Of a DNA stretch of 16,210 nt, positions 1 through 7,511 are shown piece after piece; position 1 is the stretch's first letter; every line of letters starts with the position of its first letter. The translations under genes were made by a program, and so were the position numbers. The notes beneath the pieces were generated by a model. That model was not told the DNA's origin. It worked only from the letters and a program-made list of their open reading frames with translations, and did not search any database. This DNA comes from Armatimonadota bacterium. Lineage in GTDB: Bacteria > Armatimonadota > UBA10988. The DNA lies in contig JACRKZ010000175.1 of assembly GCA_016235455.1 (NCBI GenBank), positions 1 through 16,210 of the forward strand. The letters run 5' to 3'.

Positions 1-1703
1 AACGAATCGGCGGCCTGGGTGGCGTGCTCGGCGGCTTGGCGCGTAGCCTGGCCGAGCTGGTGGACCGTGGTGTTGAGCTGGCCCACCTGCTGCGACTGCG
101 ACTGGGTCTCCGCCACCGCCTCATCGCACCACGCCACCAGCCGCCGCAGGCCATCGATGACCTGGGCCAGGTCGCTGCTGAGCCGTCCGGCGAACTGGCG
201 GCTGTGAGTGGCGTCCGCGCGCGAGCCGTGCAGATGGTCGGCCACCTTGTGCGCCGCGCGCTGCACCTGGCCGGCGAAGTGCGCCATCTGCAGATGGACG
301 TTCTGCTCCATGGTGAGCGACCGGCGGTCGGTGCCTTCGGGTGGCGCGCCGGCCAGCGCCAGGCGCTCGGCTCGCTCGGCCACCTCGGCCACTTGCCGCG
401 CCAGCCGCTCCGCCTCGTCGGCGGCGACGCCGGAGCGCTGCAGGTCCCGGCTCATCTGGTGCATGGCCTCGAACCCGGAGTCCGCGGCCTCGCGCGCCTG
501 CGCCGCCGTGAGCCGGGCCGCGCGCGCCTTCTCAGCGGTCTGCGATGAGACCCGGCCCAGGGCGTGTGCCGAGCCGGTCAGGGCGGTCATGGCGACATTC
601 ACCGTATCGCTGGCGTGCGACAGTTCGCGGCTGGCCGTGGCCATCTGGTAGGACGCGCCGGCGATGGCCTGCGAGGTGCCGACCAGGCTGGCGATGGTCG
701 ATTCGATGGGCTCCGAGACCCGGCCCGACAGCCAGCGGCCGAGGGCCATGGTGGCCGCCATGACCACCAGGCAGATGGCCAGCAACGTGGCCTGAAGCCA
801 GCCGAACGGCGCCATGAGACCATCGATGGGCTGCTCGGTGATGACCACCCAACCGCAGTTCGACTCGTCCGGGCCGGCGCCCACGGGCCACGCCGACACT
901 ACCATCTCTGTCCCGCCGGGGTCGGCGCGGAAGGTGGTCTGCCCATGGCCACGCGCCAGGGCCGGCCGGTCGAGCCCGGACAGCAGCGCCGCCGGCTCCT
1001 TGGTGCTCGGCTGGCCCACCGACGCCAGGAGATGATCGGCGCTGGACAGCACCGCCACACCGCGCACGCTGGCCGGCGGCAGCAGCAACGGCGGCAACTG
1101 CTCGCGGCGGTAGCGCAGCACCAGCACGCCGACCAGTTCGTCGCCCGTGTCGCGCACGACCCGCGCGACACGGTACGTGCCCTCGGCGCCGGTAGCCGGC
1201 TCCTCCGCCGACAGGCTGAAGCCGCGGTCAAAGGTGGCCTTGAGCCAACCAGCCCGTGGGTAGCGCGGCCGCGGCGGCTCGCCCGCGGCCGCCAGCACGA
1301 CCCCGCGCCGGTCCACGGCCCACAGGCTGTCGAGCGACGGCTTGGGTCCATACCGGGCGTGGGTGGCCAGCGCCGCGGTCAACTCGCTCGCCAGCGCGCC
1401 GGAACGTAAACCTGGGCTGACGACGAGATCCGGCCCGCCGTTGTCCGGCACACTGACGGCGGCGGCGGCGCTGCCGAAGGCGCGGCGCAAGTCGGGCAGG
1501 GCGGCCAGCGCCTGTCCGTCGGCCAGCGCGTGACTGACGATCTGCTCGGTCCGAGCCGCCAGTACGGCGGCCGTTTCGCCGGATGCCGCGGCCACGTTGC
1601 GCTCCACGGCCTGGCGGGACACGAGCAGTACTACCAACGCCACTGGCCAGACCGTGACTGCCAGAGCCACCGACAAGAGCAGCACTCGATGGGCCAGCTT
1701 CAT
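1..1703 (-). CDS. Methyl-accepting chemotaxis protein-like receptor (TM1, Cache-like sensor, TM2, MCP coiled coil) with degenerate signalling tip; 3' end runs off the window
   Basis: Absent from the ORF track because no stop lies in the window. Manual translation from ATG 1703 gives MKLAHRVLLLSVALAVTVWPVALVVLLVSRQ (TM1), Cache-like motifs (LWAVDRRGVVLAA; GWVVITEQP), TM2 (LLAICLVVMAATMALG), then MCP-type heptads (SYQMATASRELS...AETQSQSQQVGQLNTTVHQLGQATRQAAEHATQAADS). The + strand ORFs 24-548, 564-1409 and 1530-1712 are its antisense shadows. Confidence 0.85.
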   Translation of the reverse strand, partial: MKLAHRVLLLSVALAVTVWPVALVVLLVSRQAVERNVAAASGETAAVLAARTEQIVSHALADGQALAALPDLRRAFGSAAAAVSVPDNGGPDLVVSPGLRSGALASELTAALATHARYGPKPSLDSLWAVDRRGVVLAAAGEPPRPRYPRAGWLKATFDRGFSLSAEEPATGAEGTYRVARVVRDTGDELVGVLVLRYRREQLPPLLLPPASVRGVAVLSSADHLLASVGQPSTKEPAALLSGLDRPALARGHGQTTFRADPGGTEMVVSAWPVGAGPDESNCGWVVITEQPIDGLMAPFGWLQATLLAICLVVMAATMALGRWLSGRVSEPIESTIASLVGTSQAIAGASYQMATASRELSHASDTVNVAMTALTGSAHALGRVSSQTAEKARAARLTAAQAREAADSGFEAMHQMSRDLQRSGVAADEAERLARQVAEVAERAERLALAGAPPEGTDRRSLTMEQNVHLQMAHFAGQVQRAAHKVADHLHGSRADATHSRQFAGRLSSDLAQVIDGLRRLVAWCDEAVAETQSQSQQVGQLNTTVHQLGQATRQAAEHATQAADS

Positions 1704-1774
1704 GGACTCTAGGGGACTTTCCCGCCGCTTGCAGAGAGCGCCGACAGGGCCATGGAACGTATTGTGTAGAGCGC

Positions 1775-1803
1775 ATTGTAGACGCCGGCGAGGGCGACCG
1801 CAA
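1775..1803 (-). promoter_or_regulatory. Putative sigma70-type promoter of the MCP-like gene
   Basis: Minus strand reads TTGCGG (1803-1798), 17 nt, TACAAT (1780-1775), about 70 nt upstream of ATG 1703. Confidence 0.6.
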
Positions 1804-1819
1804 CCGTTGCCGACAGGAG

Positions 1820-1848
1820 TTGTGCCACCGGCGGGCAGCATGTATACT
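1820..1848 (+). promoter_or_regulatory. Putative sigma70-type promoter of the pilM operon
   Basis: TTGTGC (1820-1825), 17 nt, TATACT (1843-1848); 27 nt upstream of ATG 1876. Confidence 0.6.
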
Positions 1849-1875
1849 GCCCCCGACGAGCAGAGGCAGGTCGTG

Positions 1876-2976
1876 ATGGGCTGGAGGCAGCCGCGCATAG
1901 GTCGCACAACGGGTCCCCTGGGGCTCGATGTCGGCCACCACAGCATCAAGTTGTCGCAGATCGAGCTCGGCCCCGGCGGCCCGCGGCTCGCGGCGCTGGC
2001 CAGTCGGGCAACGCCGCCCGGCGTATTTGATGGCGACGGCTATCTGGTCGATCCCGACAGCCTGGCGGGCGCCCTGCGGGACATGGCCAACGAGTTGGGT
2101 GTCGCCGGCGCTGATGTCGTCGCCGCGCTGTCCACGCCGTCGGCGCACGTGGCGCTGTTGGACGTGCTGGCCGAGCCCGATGGGGATCTGGCCCCGGCCG
2201 CCTGTCAGCAACTTGCCCCGCTGCTCGACTACCCGCTGGATGAAGCCTCCGTGGTGCTGCGGCTGATGCGCACACCGCCGTATAACGCGGTGGAACCGTA
2301 TGCCCCGGCGTACGTCAAGGTACTAGCCTGCGCGATGCCCGCGGCGCTCGTGGTGGCGCTGGAACAGGCCATCGAGTCCGCGGGGCTGGCGCCGTTGGTC
2401 ATTGAGGCCGCGCCGTTGCCCGCGGGCCATCTCCTACTGGGCGATGGCGCCGGCCCGGCGTCGGTGCTGGTGGGCGACCTGGGCGCCACGCAGACGACCT
2501 GGACGCTGTGGCAGGATCTGCTGCCGGTGTTCGTCACCACCTTGCCTCTCGGTGGGCAGGATCTGACCGAAGCCGCGGCTGGGGTACTCGGTGGCGACCC
2601 GGAGGCGGCCGAGGCTTGGAAGCTCAGCGACCCTTGGGACGAGTCCCTGCCCGCCGCCGCGGCGGTGGCGGACCAGTACCTTAAGTCGCTGCTGCAAGCG
2701 ATCAGTGCGCTGGCGCAGCCGGCGGCGGACGGTGCGCATGAGTCGGCGCCACGCTGGCCGATGTCGCTCATCGTGCTGCACGGCGCGGGCGCGTTGCTGC
2801 GTGACCTGGCACCGCGGTTGGCGGAAGCCACGGGTCTGCGGGTGGAGTGGTTGGACGGTTTTGCCCGGCTGGGCATGGGGATCGACGGAAGCCTGCCCAA
2901 CGAGGTCGGGCGATACTTGCCGCAGTGGGCCAACTGCTTGGGTCTGGCCTGGCGACAGTGGGTCGTGGAGGGCTAA
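1876..2976 (+). CDS. pilM: Type IV pilus assembly protein PilM (actin-like/FtsA fold)
   Basis: Motifs LGLDVGHHSIKL, VGDLGATQT, LPLGGQDLTEA, VLHGAGALL..LA..LAEATGLRVE and C-terminal LGLA. Start moved from 1597 to ATG 1876 (GTG 1873 possible), downstream of the promoter and a GAGGCAGG RBS-like stretch. Confidence 0.88.
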   Translation: MGWRQPRIGRTTGPLGLDVGHHSIKLSQIELGPGGPRLAALASRATPPGVFDGDGYLVDPDSLAGALRDMANELGVAGADVVAALSTPSAHVALLDVLAEPDGDLAPAACQQLAPLLDYPLDEASVVLRLMRTPPYNAVEPYAPAYVKVLACAMPAALVVALEQAIESAGLAPLVIEAAPLPAGHLLLGDGAGPASVLVGDLGATQTTWTLWQDLLPVFVTTLPLGGQDLTEAAAGVLGGDPEAAEAWKLSDPWDESLPAAAAVADQYLKSLLQAISALAQPAADGAHESAPRWPMSLIVLHGAGALLRDLAPRLAEATGLRVEWLDGFARLGMGIDGSLPNEVGRYLPQWANCLGLAWRQWVVEG

Positions 2977-3594
2977 GTGCGCGCGCACGCGAACTTCATC
3001 GGCAACCGGGAAGAGCAACGCCGGCGCGAGACACGGATCGCGGGCTGGGCGTTGGCCTTGGCGGTCGCCTTCGGCCTGGCGCCGCTGTTGCTCGTCGGCC
3101 TGATCCGCCAGGGCGCGGCCGAGCGCGCCACGCTGCTCAAAGACATCAACAAGCGCCGTGAGACCGTGCTCAACAACTTGGTCGGCAGTGCTTGGATGGA
3201 GGCCGAGAACAAGCGGCTCGAGCCCGGCCACAAGGTGGTCGTCGCGGCGCACACCAACCTGGCCAAGTGGACCGAGTTGCTCAACGAGGTGCGCGACCGC
3301 CTGCCCGAGGGCGCCTGGCTCACCCAGGTCAGCATCGCCCGCGCCGACTTCGACGCGGCCAAGCCGCTGGTCCCGGGCACCAGCCCACAGACGGTGATTG
3401 TGGTCGGTACCGCCGCCAAAGCCGAAGCGGTGGGTGCCTACCTGGAACAGCTCAATCGGTCGCCGCTGCTGGCTCGCGCCGTGTTGGTGCGCAGCCATCC
3501 CAGCGAGGCCAAACTGGCTACCGCCACCGCGCCTGCCGTGGACTATGAGTTGCGGGCCGAGGTCAAGCAGCCGATCGCGGAGGGCCAGCCATGA
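2977..3594 (+). CDS. pilN: PilN-family pilus assembly protein
   Basis: N-terminal ANFI resembles the PilM-binding INLL motif; single TM, coiled coil, WTELLNEVRDRLPEGAWLTQVSI and VVGTA...VGAYLEQLNRSPLL. GTG directly follows the pilM stop. Confidence 0.88.
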   Translation: MRAHANFIGNREEQRRRETRIAGWALALAVAFGLAPLLLVGLIRQGAAERATLLKDINKRRETVLNNLVGSAWMEAENKRLEPGHKVVVAAHTNLAKWTELLNEVRDRLPEGAWLTQVSIARADFDAAKPLVPGTSPQTVIVVGTAAKAEAVGAYLEQLNRSPLLARAVLVRSHPSEAKLATATAPAVDYELRAEVKQPIAEGQP

Positions 3595-4817
3595 CCTGCT
3601 GGCAACGACGCTACCGGTCCCTGCTCGTGCTCGCCCTGGGCCTGTTCCTGGCCTTGTCCTTGGTCAACCTGGTGCTGCTACGCAGCGCGGTCAGCCGCTT
3701 CCGCAGCGTCACCAAGCGGCTGGTCCAGGAGCGTGCGGCCCAGAAGGAAGAGGATAAGCGCCTCGGCAAGATGGCCGAGCTGCAGGCCAACCACGACACC
3801 ATCTTGCAGGATATCGGCTCCATCGAAGCCACACCCCCACGCCGGCTGTACCAGGCCACGTTGGTGGCGCAACTGGGCCAGTTCGCCGAGCACAGCGCGG
3901 TCACGCTGCTGGGTGTGACGCCCGACAACGGCGGCGCCCCGGTCGAGAAGGGCCTGCCCGAGTTGCCCAAGGATGGACCGTGGCGCTTTGTCGCGGTGTT
4001 CAGCGGGCACTACAACGACGTCGTCAAACTGGTCGACTCGCTCCAGACCTTCCCCAAGGCGGTCGCGGTGCAGTCGGTCAATCTGCGCGTCGACAAGGCC
4101 CTGCGCGACGGCACCATGCGCGCCGAGATCGTGCTTCTGGCGCGCGAGGTGGCCGGCGTGCGCGACCCCGCCACCATGACCACCATCCCCGTACCGCCAC
4201 CGTCCCTGATGGAGCGGTTCGACCACAACACCATTCGCGACTGGCTCAAGAGCCAAGAGCAGCGGCCGCTCGCCGAAGCGCCGGGTCAGCCCGGCCCTGC
4301 GGCGCCCATGCGGCCCGCGCCCAGTCAGCCCGGGCCGAGCAGCATCACGCCAGGAACTCGAGTTCCGCTGGGCGGATCGGCGCAGCCTGGTGGCGCGCCG
4401 CAACCCGGTCGCCTGCCGTTCGCTCCGGGCGCGGCCACCACGGGAGGCGCGGCACCGACCTCGCCGCCGGGCGTGCCGTTTGGCCGCCGGCGGTCACCTG
4501 GCGCAGGTCAGCCGATGCCGCCGCCGGCTGGCTTGCCGCCGGGCTTCGCGCCGGGCGGGCCGTTCGGCGCGCCACCGGCGCCGTCCGGTCACGGTGGGCC
4601 ACCTGGGCCGAGCACGCCGGACATGCTGCCTGGCCTCGGCCAGAGCCTGCTGCCGGACGATATGGCTCCCGCGCGCAGCATGGCGAACGTTGGGGTGGTT
4701 CGGCGGGTATTCAAGATCATGCGCACGGACGGTCTGTTGCCCGGCGGCGGCAAAGCGGTGACCGACGACGGCCGCGTCGCGGCCAACGACATGCCGGCGC
4801 GAGGGAAGACACGATGA
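3591..4817 (+). CDS. pilO: PilO-family protein with a ~200-aa Pro/Gly-rich C-terminal extension
   Basis: TM, coiled coil, LVAQLGQFAEHSAVTL, FSGHYNDVVKLVDSLQTFPKAVAVQSVNL (PilO-like ferredoxin core). ATGA overlap with pilN. Confidence 0.8.
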   Translation: MTCWQRRYRSLLVLALGLFLALSLVNLVLLRSAVSRFRSVTKRLVQERAAQKEEDKRLGKMAELQANHDTILQDIGSIEATPPRRLYQATLVAQLGQFAEHSAVTLLGVTPDNGGAPVEKGLPELPKDGPWRFVAVFSGHYNDVVKLVDSLQTFPKAVAVQSVNLRVDKALRDGTMRAEIVLLAREVAGVRDPATMTTIPVPPPSLMERFDHNTIRDWLKSQEQRPLAEAPGQPGPAAPMRPAPSQPGPSSITPGTRVPLGGSAQPGGAPQPGRLPFAPGAATTGGAAPTSPPGVPFGRRRSPGAGQPMPPPAGLPPGFAPGGPFGAPPAPSGHGGPPGPSTPDMLPGLGQSLLPDDMAPARSMANVGVVRRVFKIMRTDGLLPGGGKAVTDDGRVAANDMPARGKTR

Positions 4818-5707
4818 GCAGCGAGCCCGAAACCACTACCAGTGAGGCCACTCCGGCCACGCCGGTGACCACCGAGCCGCAGCCCTCGCAGCGGCTGGTG
4901 GTGGCGGCGGTGGCTTGCGTCGCCGTCGTCGGCCTCGTATTTCTCGGCTCGGTGGGCGTCTACGCACTGCGACACCTGCGTCCGCACAAGGCGGACACGA
5001 CCGTGGCCATGGCGGCCAAGGCCGTCGACGACGAACCGTCACTGGTCTCCGAGACGCAGACCCAGGACGGTCGCGACCCATTCCTGGCCCAGGGCATCGC
5101 GGCCACGGCGGATACGGCCATCCCGGTGCCGCCCAAGGACCCGACCGGCCCGGCGCCGGTCGTCATTCCGACGCCCTCGGTGGATCCGCCCAAGACCAAT
5201 CCGACGCCGGCCGCCGACCCGCCGAAGCCGACTCCGAGTACCGAAACCAGCAAGCCCGCGGCGCCCAGCAAGCCGGAGAAGCCCAAGGCCCCGAGCCGCG
5301 CCGAGTTGGCCACGCTCGATCCCGCCTCGCCGCCCGATTGGGTGACCGGCCCGGGCGCGGCCGAGGGTTTGGTCCTGATGGGTCTGGTGGCCAGCGGCAA
5401 GCCGCAAGCGGTGTTTGAGTACGAGGGCAAGGTGGTGCGCCGACGCATCGGCGAAGAGGTGGCCGGCATGACCGTCTCGCGCATCGAGCGCGGTCAGGTG
5501 ATGCTGCGCGACGCCAACTCGGGCGGGCCGGTGAAGGCCTTCTGGCTGACGGTGCGCGAGGGCAACCGCCTGGGCGGCACGCGGTCGGGTCCGGTCAAGA
5601 CTGTGACCCCACCGGCGGACAGTACGTCCGAGTCCAGCGGCTCCGGCTCCAGCGGTTCGGAGTCGAGCGGCGACACGAGCGGCGAGGGCAGCAGCGGTGG
5701 TGAGTAA
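4814..5707 (+). CDS. PilP/GspC-like membrane-anchored protein (297 aa) with Pro-rich linker and Ser/Gly/Glu tail
   Basis: ATG 4814 overlaps the pilO stop (ATGA) behind GAGGGAAG. TM (LVVAAVACVAVVGLVFLGSVGVYAL), GRDPF motif, and a PilP/GspC-HR-like domain LVLMGLVASGKPQAVFEYEGKVVRRRIGEEVAGMTVSRIERGQVMLR. Confidence 0.75.
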   Translation: MSSEPETTTSEATPATPVTTEPQPSQRLVVAAVACVAVVGLVFLGSVGVYALRHLRPHKADTTVAMAAKAVDDEPSLVSETQTQDGRDPFLAQGIAATADTAIPVPPKDPTGPAPVVIPTPSVDPPKTNPTPAADPPKPTPSTETSKPAAPSKPEKPKAPSRAELATLDPASPPDWVTGPGAAEGLVLMGLVASGKPQAVFEYEGKVVRRRIGEEVAGMTVSRIERGQVMLRDANSGGPVKAFWLTVREGNRLGGTRSGPVKTVTPPADSTSESSGSGSSGSESSGDTSGEGSSGGE

Positions 5708-5729
5708 GGCAGCAAGTAGAGGACGCGAT

Positions 5730-7478
5730 ATGGCACGGCGATGGTGGATGCTTGGGTTGGCGGCGCTGCTGACACTGCCGACGGCGGTGCCCGGAGCGTG
5801 GGCCGAAGAGGGCGGCGAAAGCAAGCCCAGCGTTGACGTGCCCGACCAGCGGGCGACGGTCAAGCAATGGGCCTGGGCCAAGGACGACAACAACTCGGTT
5901 GTGCGCCTCAGCCTGGTGCTCAACTGGCCCAAGACTGCGGTGCATTCGGAGTGGATCGGCCAGGGCACGTTCGTGGTCACGGTGCCGAACACGGGGCTCA
6001 AGGCCAACGCCGAGCGCAGCATCGTCATCGCTCAGCCGCCCATCGCCGACGTGCTGTTCGGGGTCGGCGCCGAAGCGGCCGACCTGCAGATCCAAGTGCG
6101 CCTGTCCACGCCCAGCAAGTGCCGCGCCTACGTCGTGCCTTCGCAGTACAAGGTGGTGATCGAGGCCGAGTACCCACCGAGCGTGCCGGCCGCGGCCAAG
6201 AACGACGACGAGGAGACCAAGGAGTTCGGCAAGCAGATCATCACCGCCGAGTTCGTTGACACCGACCTGCGGGTCATCGTCGAGGCGCTGGTCAGCCAGA
6301 GCGGCGCCAACATCATGCTGGCGCCCGAGGTGACCGGCACCTACAGCCTGTCGCTCAAGGAAGTCACGCTGATCGACGCGCTGGACAGCCTGTGGGAGGC
6401 GTGGGGCCTGTGTTGGATGAAGCTGCCGGGCAACATTGTCCTGGTCGGCGCCGAGGCTGAACTGGGCAAGCGCGTGGTCGAGGATGGCATCGAGTTGCCC
6501 AGCGGTTGGTCGGTGGCAGACGTGGCTTCCGTGCTGGCCGCCGAGTTCCCCGAGGTGGCGCCGGCACGCGACATGGCCAGCGTCCCCGCCACCGGTCCGC
6601 TGCCCGTGCGCGGCGAACTGCAGTTCGTGGGCAGGGCACGGCGCTGGGTGGCCAAGCTGCCGAGCAAGGCCGAAGGCACTCCGCCGGTGGTGACGCTGCC
6701 GCCGCGCGACAAGCAGACGACGGTCGTCGTGTGGCCGCGGTATCTCTCCTCGGAGACCGCCGAGGCCAAGCTCAAGGAAGTCTATCCACTGCTGACCATC
6801 ACGCGCGAAGTCGAGACCGGCAAGTTGACCCTGTCCGGCAGTCGCGAGCTGGTGAACAGCGCCAAGACCTTTGTGGACAAGCTCGACTTGCTGGAGGTCG
6901 AGACCGTACCGTTCTACCCGCGGTATGCCAAGCTCGACCAGCTCGAGCCCAAGATCAGGGAGAACTACCCGCAGGTGGTGGTGACGGTCGAAGAGAAGCT
7001 GGGCCGCCTGACGCTCAAGGGCCTGGCCGAAGTCGTGGCGGAGGCGCTCAAGTATGCGCAGAGCCTCGACCAGCCCGATCGCGACTCGACCCGTTTCTAC
7101 CCGCGCTACCTCAAGCTGACCGACGCCGAGACGAAGATCAAGGAGATCTTCCCGACGCTGACGGTGCTGTCCGAGGCCGGGCTGGGCTACCTGACGCTGG
7201 TTGGGCCGCGGGACATGGTCGGCGCCGCGCTGCGCTATGTGCAGACTATTGATGTCGTCGTCGACCCGGTGATCGATGAGTACCTGCACTTCCCCGGCAT
7301 GACCGAGGCCAACCTCAAGGGCCTGGTACCCGCCGACGTGACGCTCGAGCGGCAGTCGTCGGGCGCCAAGGGGCTGTACGTCCGGGTGCGAGGCAAGGAG
7401 TCCGCCGTGGCGCCGCTGCGCCGGCTGGCCGCCCAGTTGCAGGAAGACGCGCGCCAGGCACCCAACGGCACCAAGTAA
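5730..7478 (+). CDS. PilQ-position secreted protein with AMIN-like, N0/STN and about five secretin N-domain repeats; no C-terminal secretin domain
   Basis: ATG 5730 with AGAGGA RBS; signal peptide ending AWA-EE; N0 motif IITAEFVDTDLRVIVEALVSQSGANIMLAPEVTGTYSLSLKEVTLIDALD; N-domain repeats with PRY...LTLxG...LD; ends ARQAPNGTK-stop. Confidence 0.8.
   Translation: MARRWWMLGLAALLTLPTAVPGAWAEEGGESKPSVDVPDQRATVKQWAWAKDDNNSVVRLSLVLNWPKTAVHSEWIGQGTFVVTVPNTGLKANAERSIVIAQPPIADVLFGVGAEAADLQIQVRLSTPSKCRAYVVPSQYKVVIEAEYPPSVPAAAKNDDEETKEFGKQIITAEFVDTDLRVIVEALVSQSGANIMLAPEVTGTYSLSLKEVTLIDALDSLWEAWGLCWMKLPGNIVLVGAEAELGKRVVEDGIELPSGWSVADVASVLAAEFPEVAPARDMASVPATGPLPVRGELQFVGRARRWVAKLPSKAEGTPPVVTLPPRDKQTTVVVWPRYLSSETAEAKLKEVYPLLTITREVETGKLTLSGSRELVNSAKTFVDKLDLLEVETVPFYPRYAKLDQLEPKIRENYPQVVVTVEEKLGRLTLKGLAEVVAEALKYAQSLDQPDRDSTRFYPRYLKLTDAETKIKEIFPTLTVLSEAGLGYLTLVGPRDMVGAALRYVQTIDVVVDPVIDEYLHFPGMTEANLKGLVPADVTLERQSSGAKGLYVRVRGKESAVAPLRRLAAQLQEDARQAPNGTK
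6732..7260 (+). repeat. Three tandem ~60-aa secretin N-domain repeats, flanked by two more diverged copies
   Basis: WPRYL (6732), FYPRYA (6912), FYPRYL (7095), spaced 180-183 nt; DNA ttctacccgcggtatgccaagctc versus ttctacccgcgctacctcaagctg. Confidence 0.8.
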
Positions 7479-7511
7479 CAGGCCGCCCGCGCGGCAGGAG
7501 GCAGGGCCCAG

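Noticed and set aside
24-1712. Plus-strand ORFs 24-548, 564-1409 and 1530-1712
   Set aside because: Codon-register antisense shadows of the minus-strand MCP-like gene; no recognisable motifs.
1597-1875. 93-codon N-terminal extension of pilM in the ORF track
   Set aside because: Overlaps the MCP start and both promoters; PilM similarity begins only after ATG 1876.
3980-4813. 278-codon upstream extension of the PilP-like ORF overlapping pilO (possible dual coding or frameshift fusion)
   Set aside because: Arg/Ala-rich off-frame translation typical of high-GC DNA; ATG 4814 has an RBS and ATGA coupling; no slippery site seen.
7482-7495. GCCGC-CCGC-GCGGC hairpin before the sigma RBS as a terminator
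   Set aside because: Only a 5-bp stem and no U-tract; expected by chance at this GC content.
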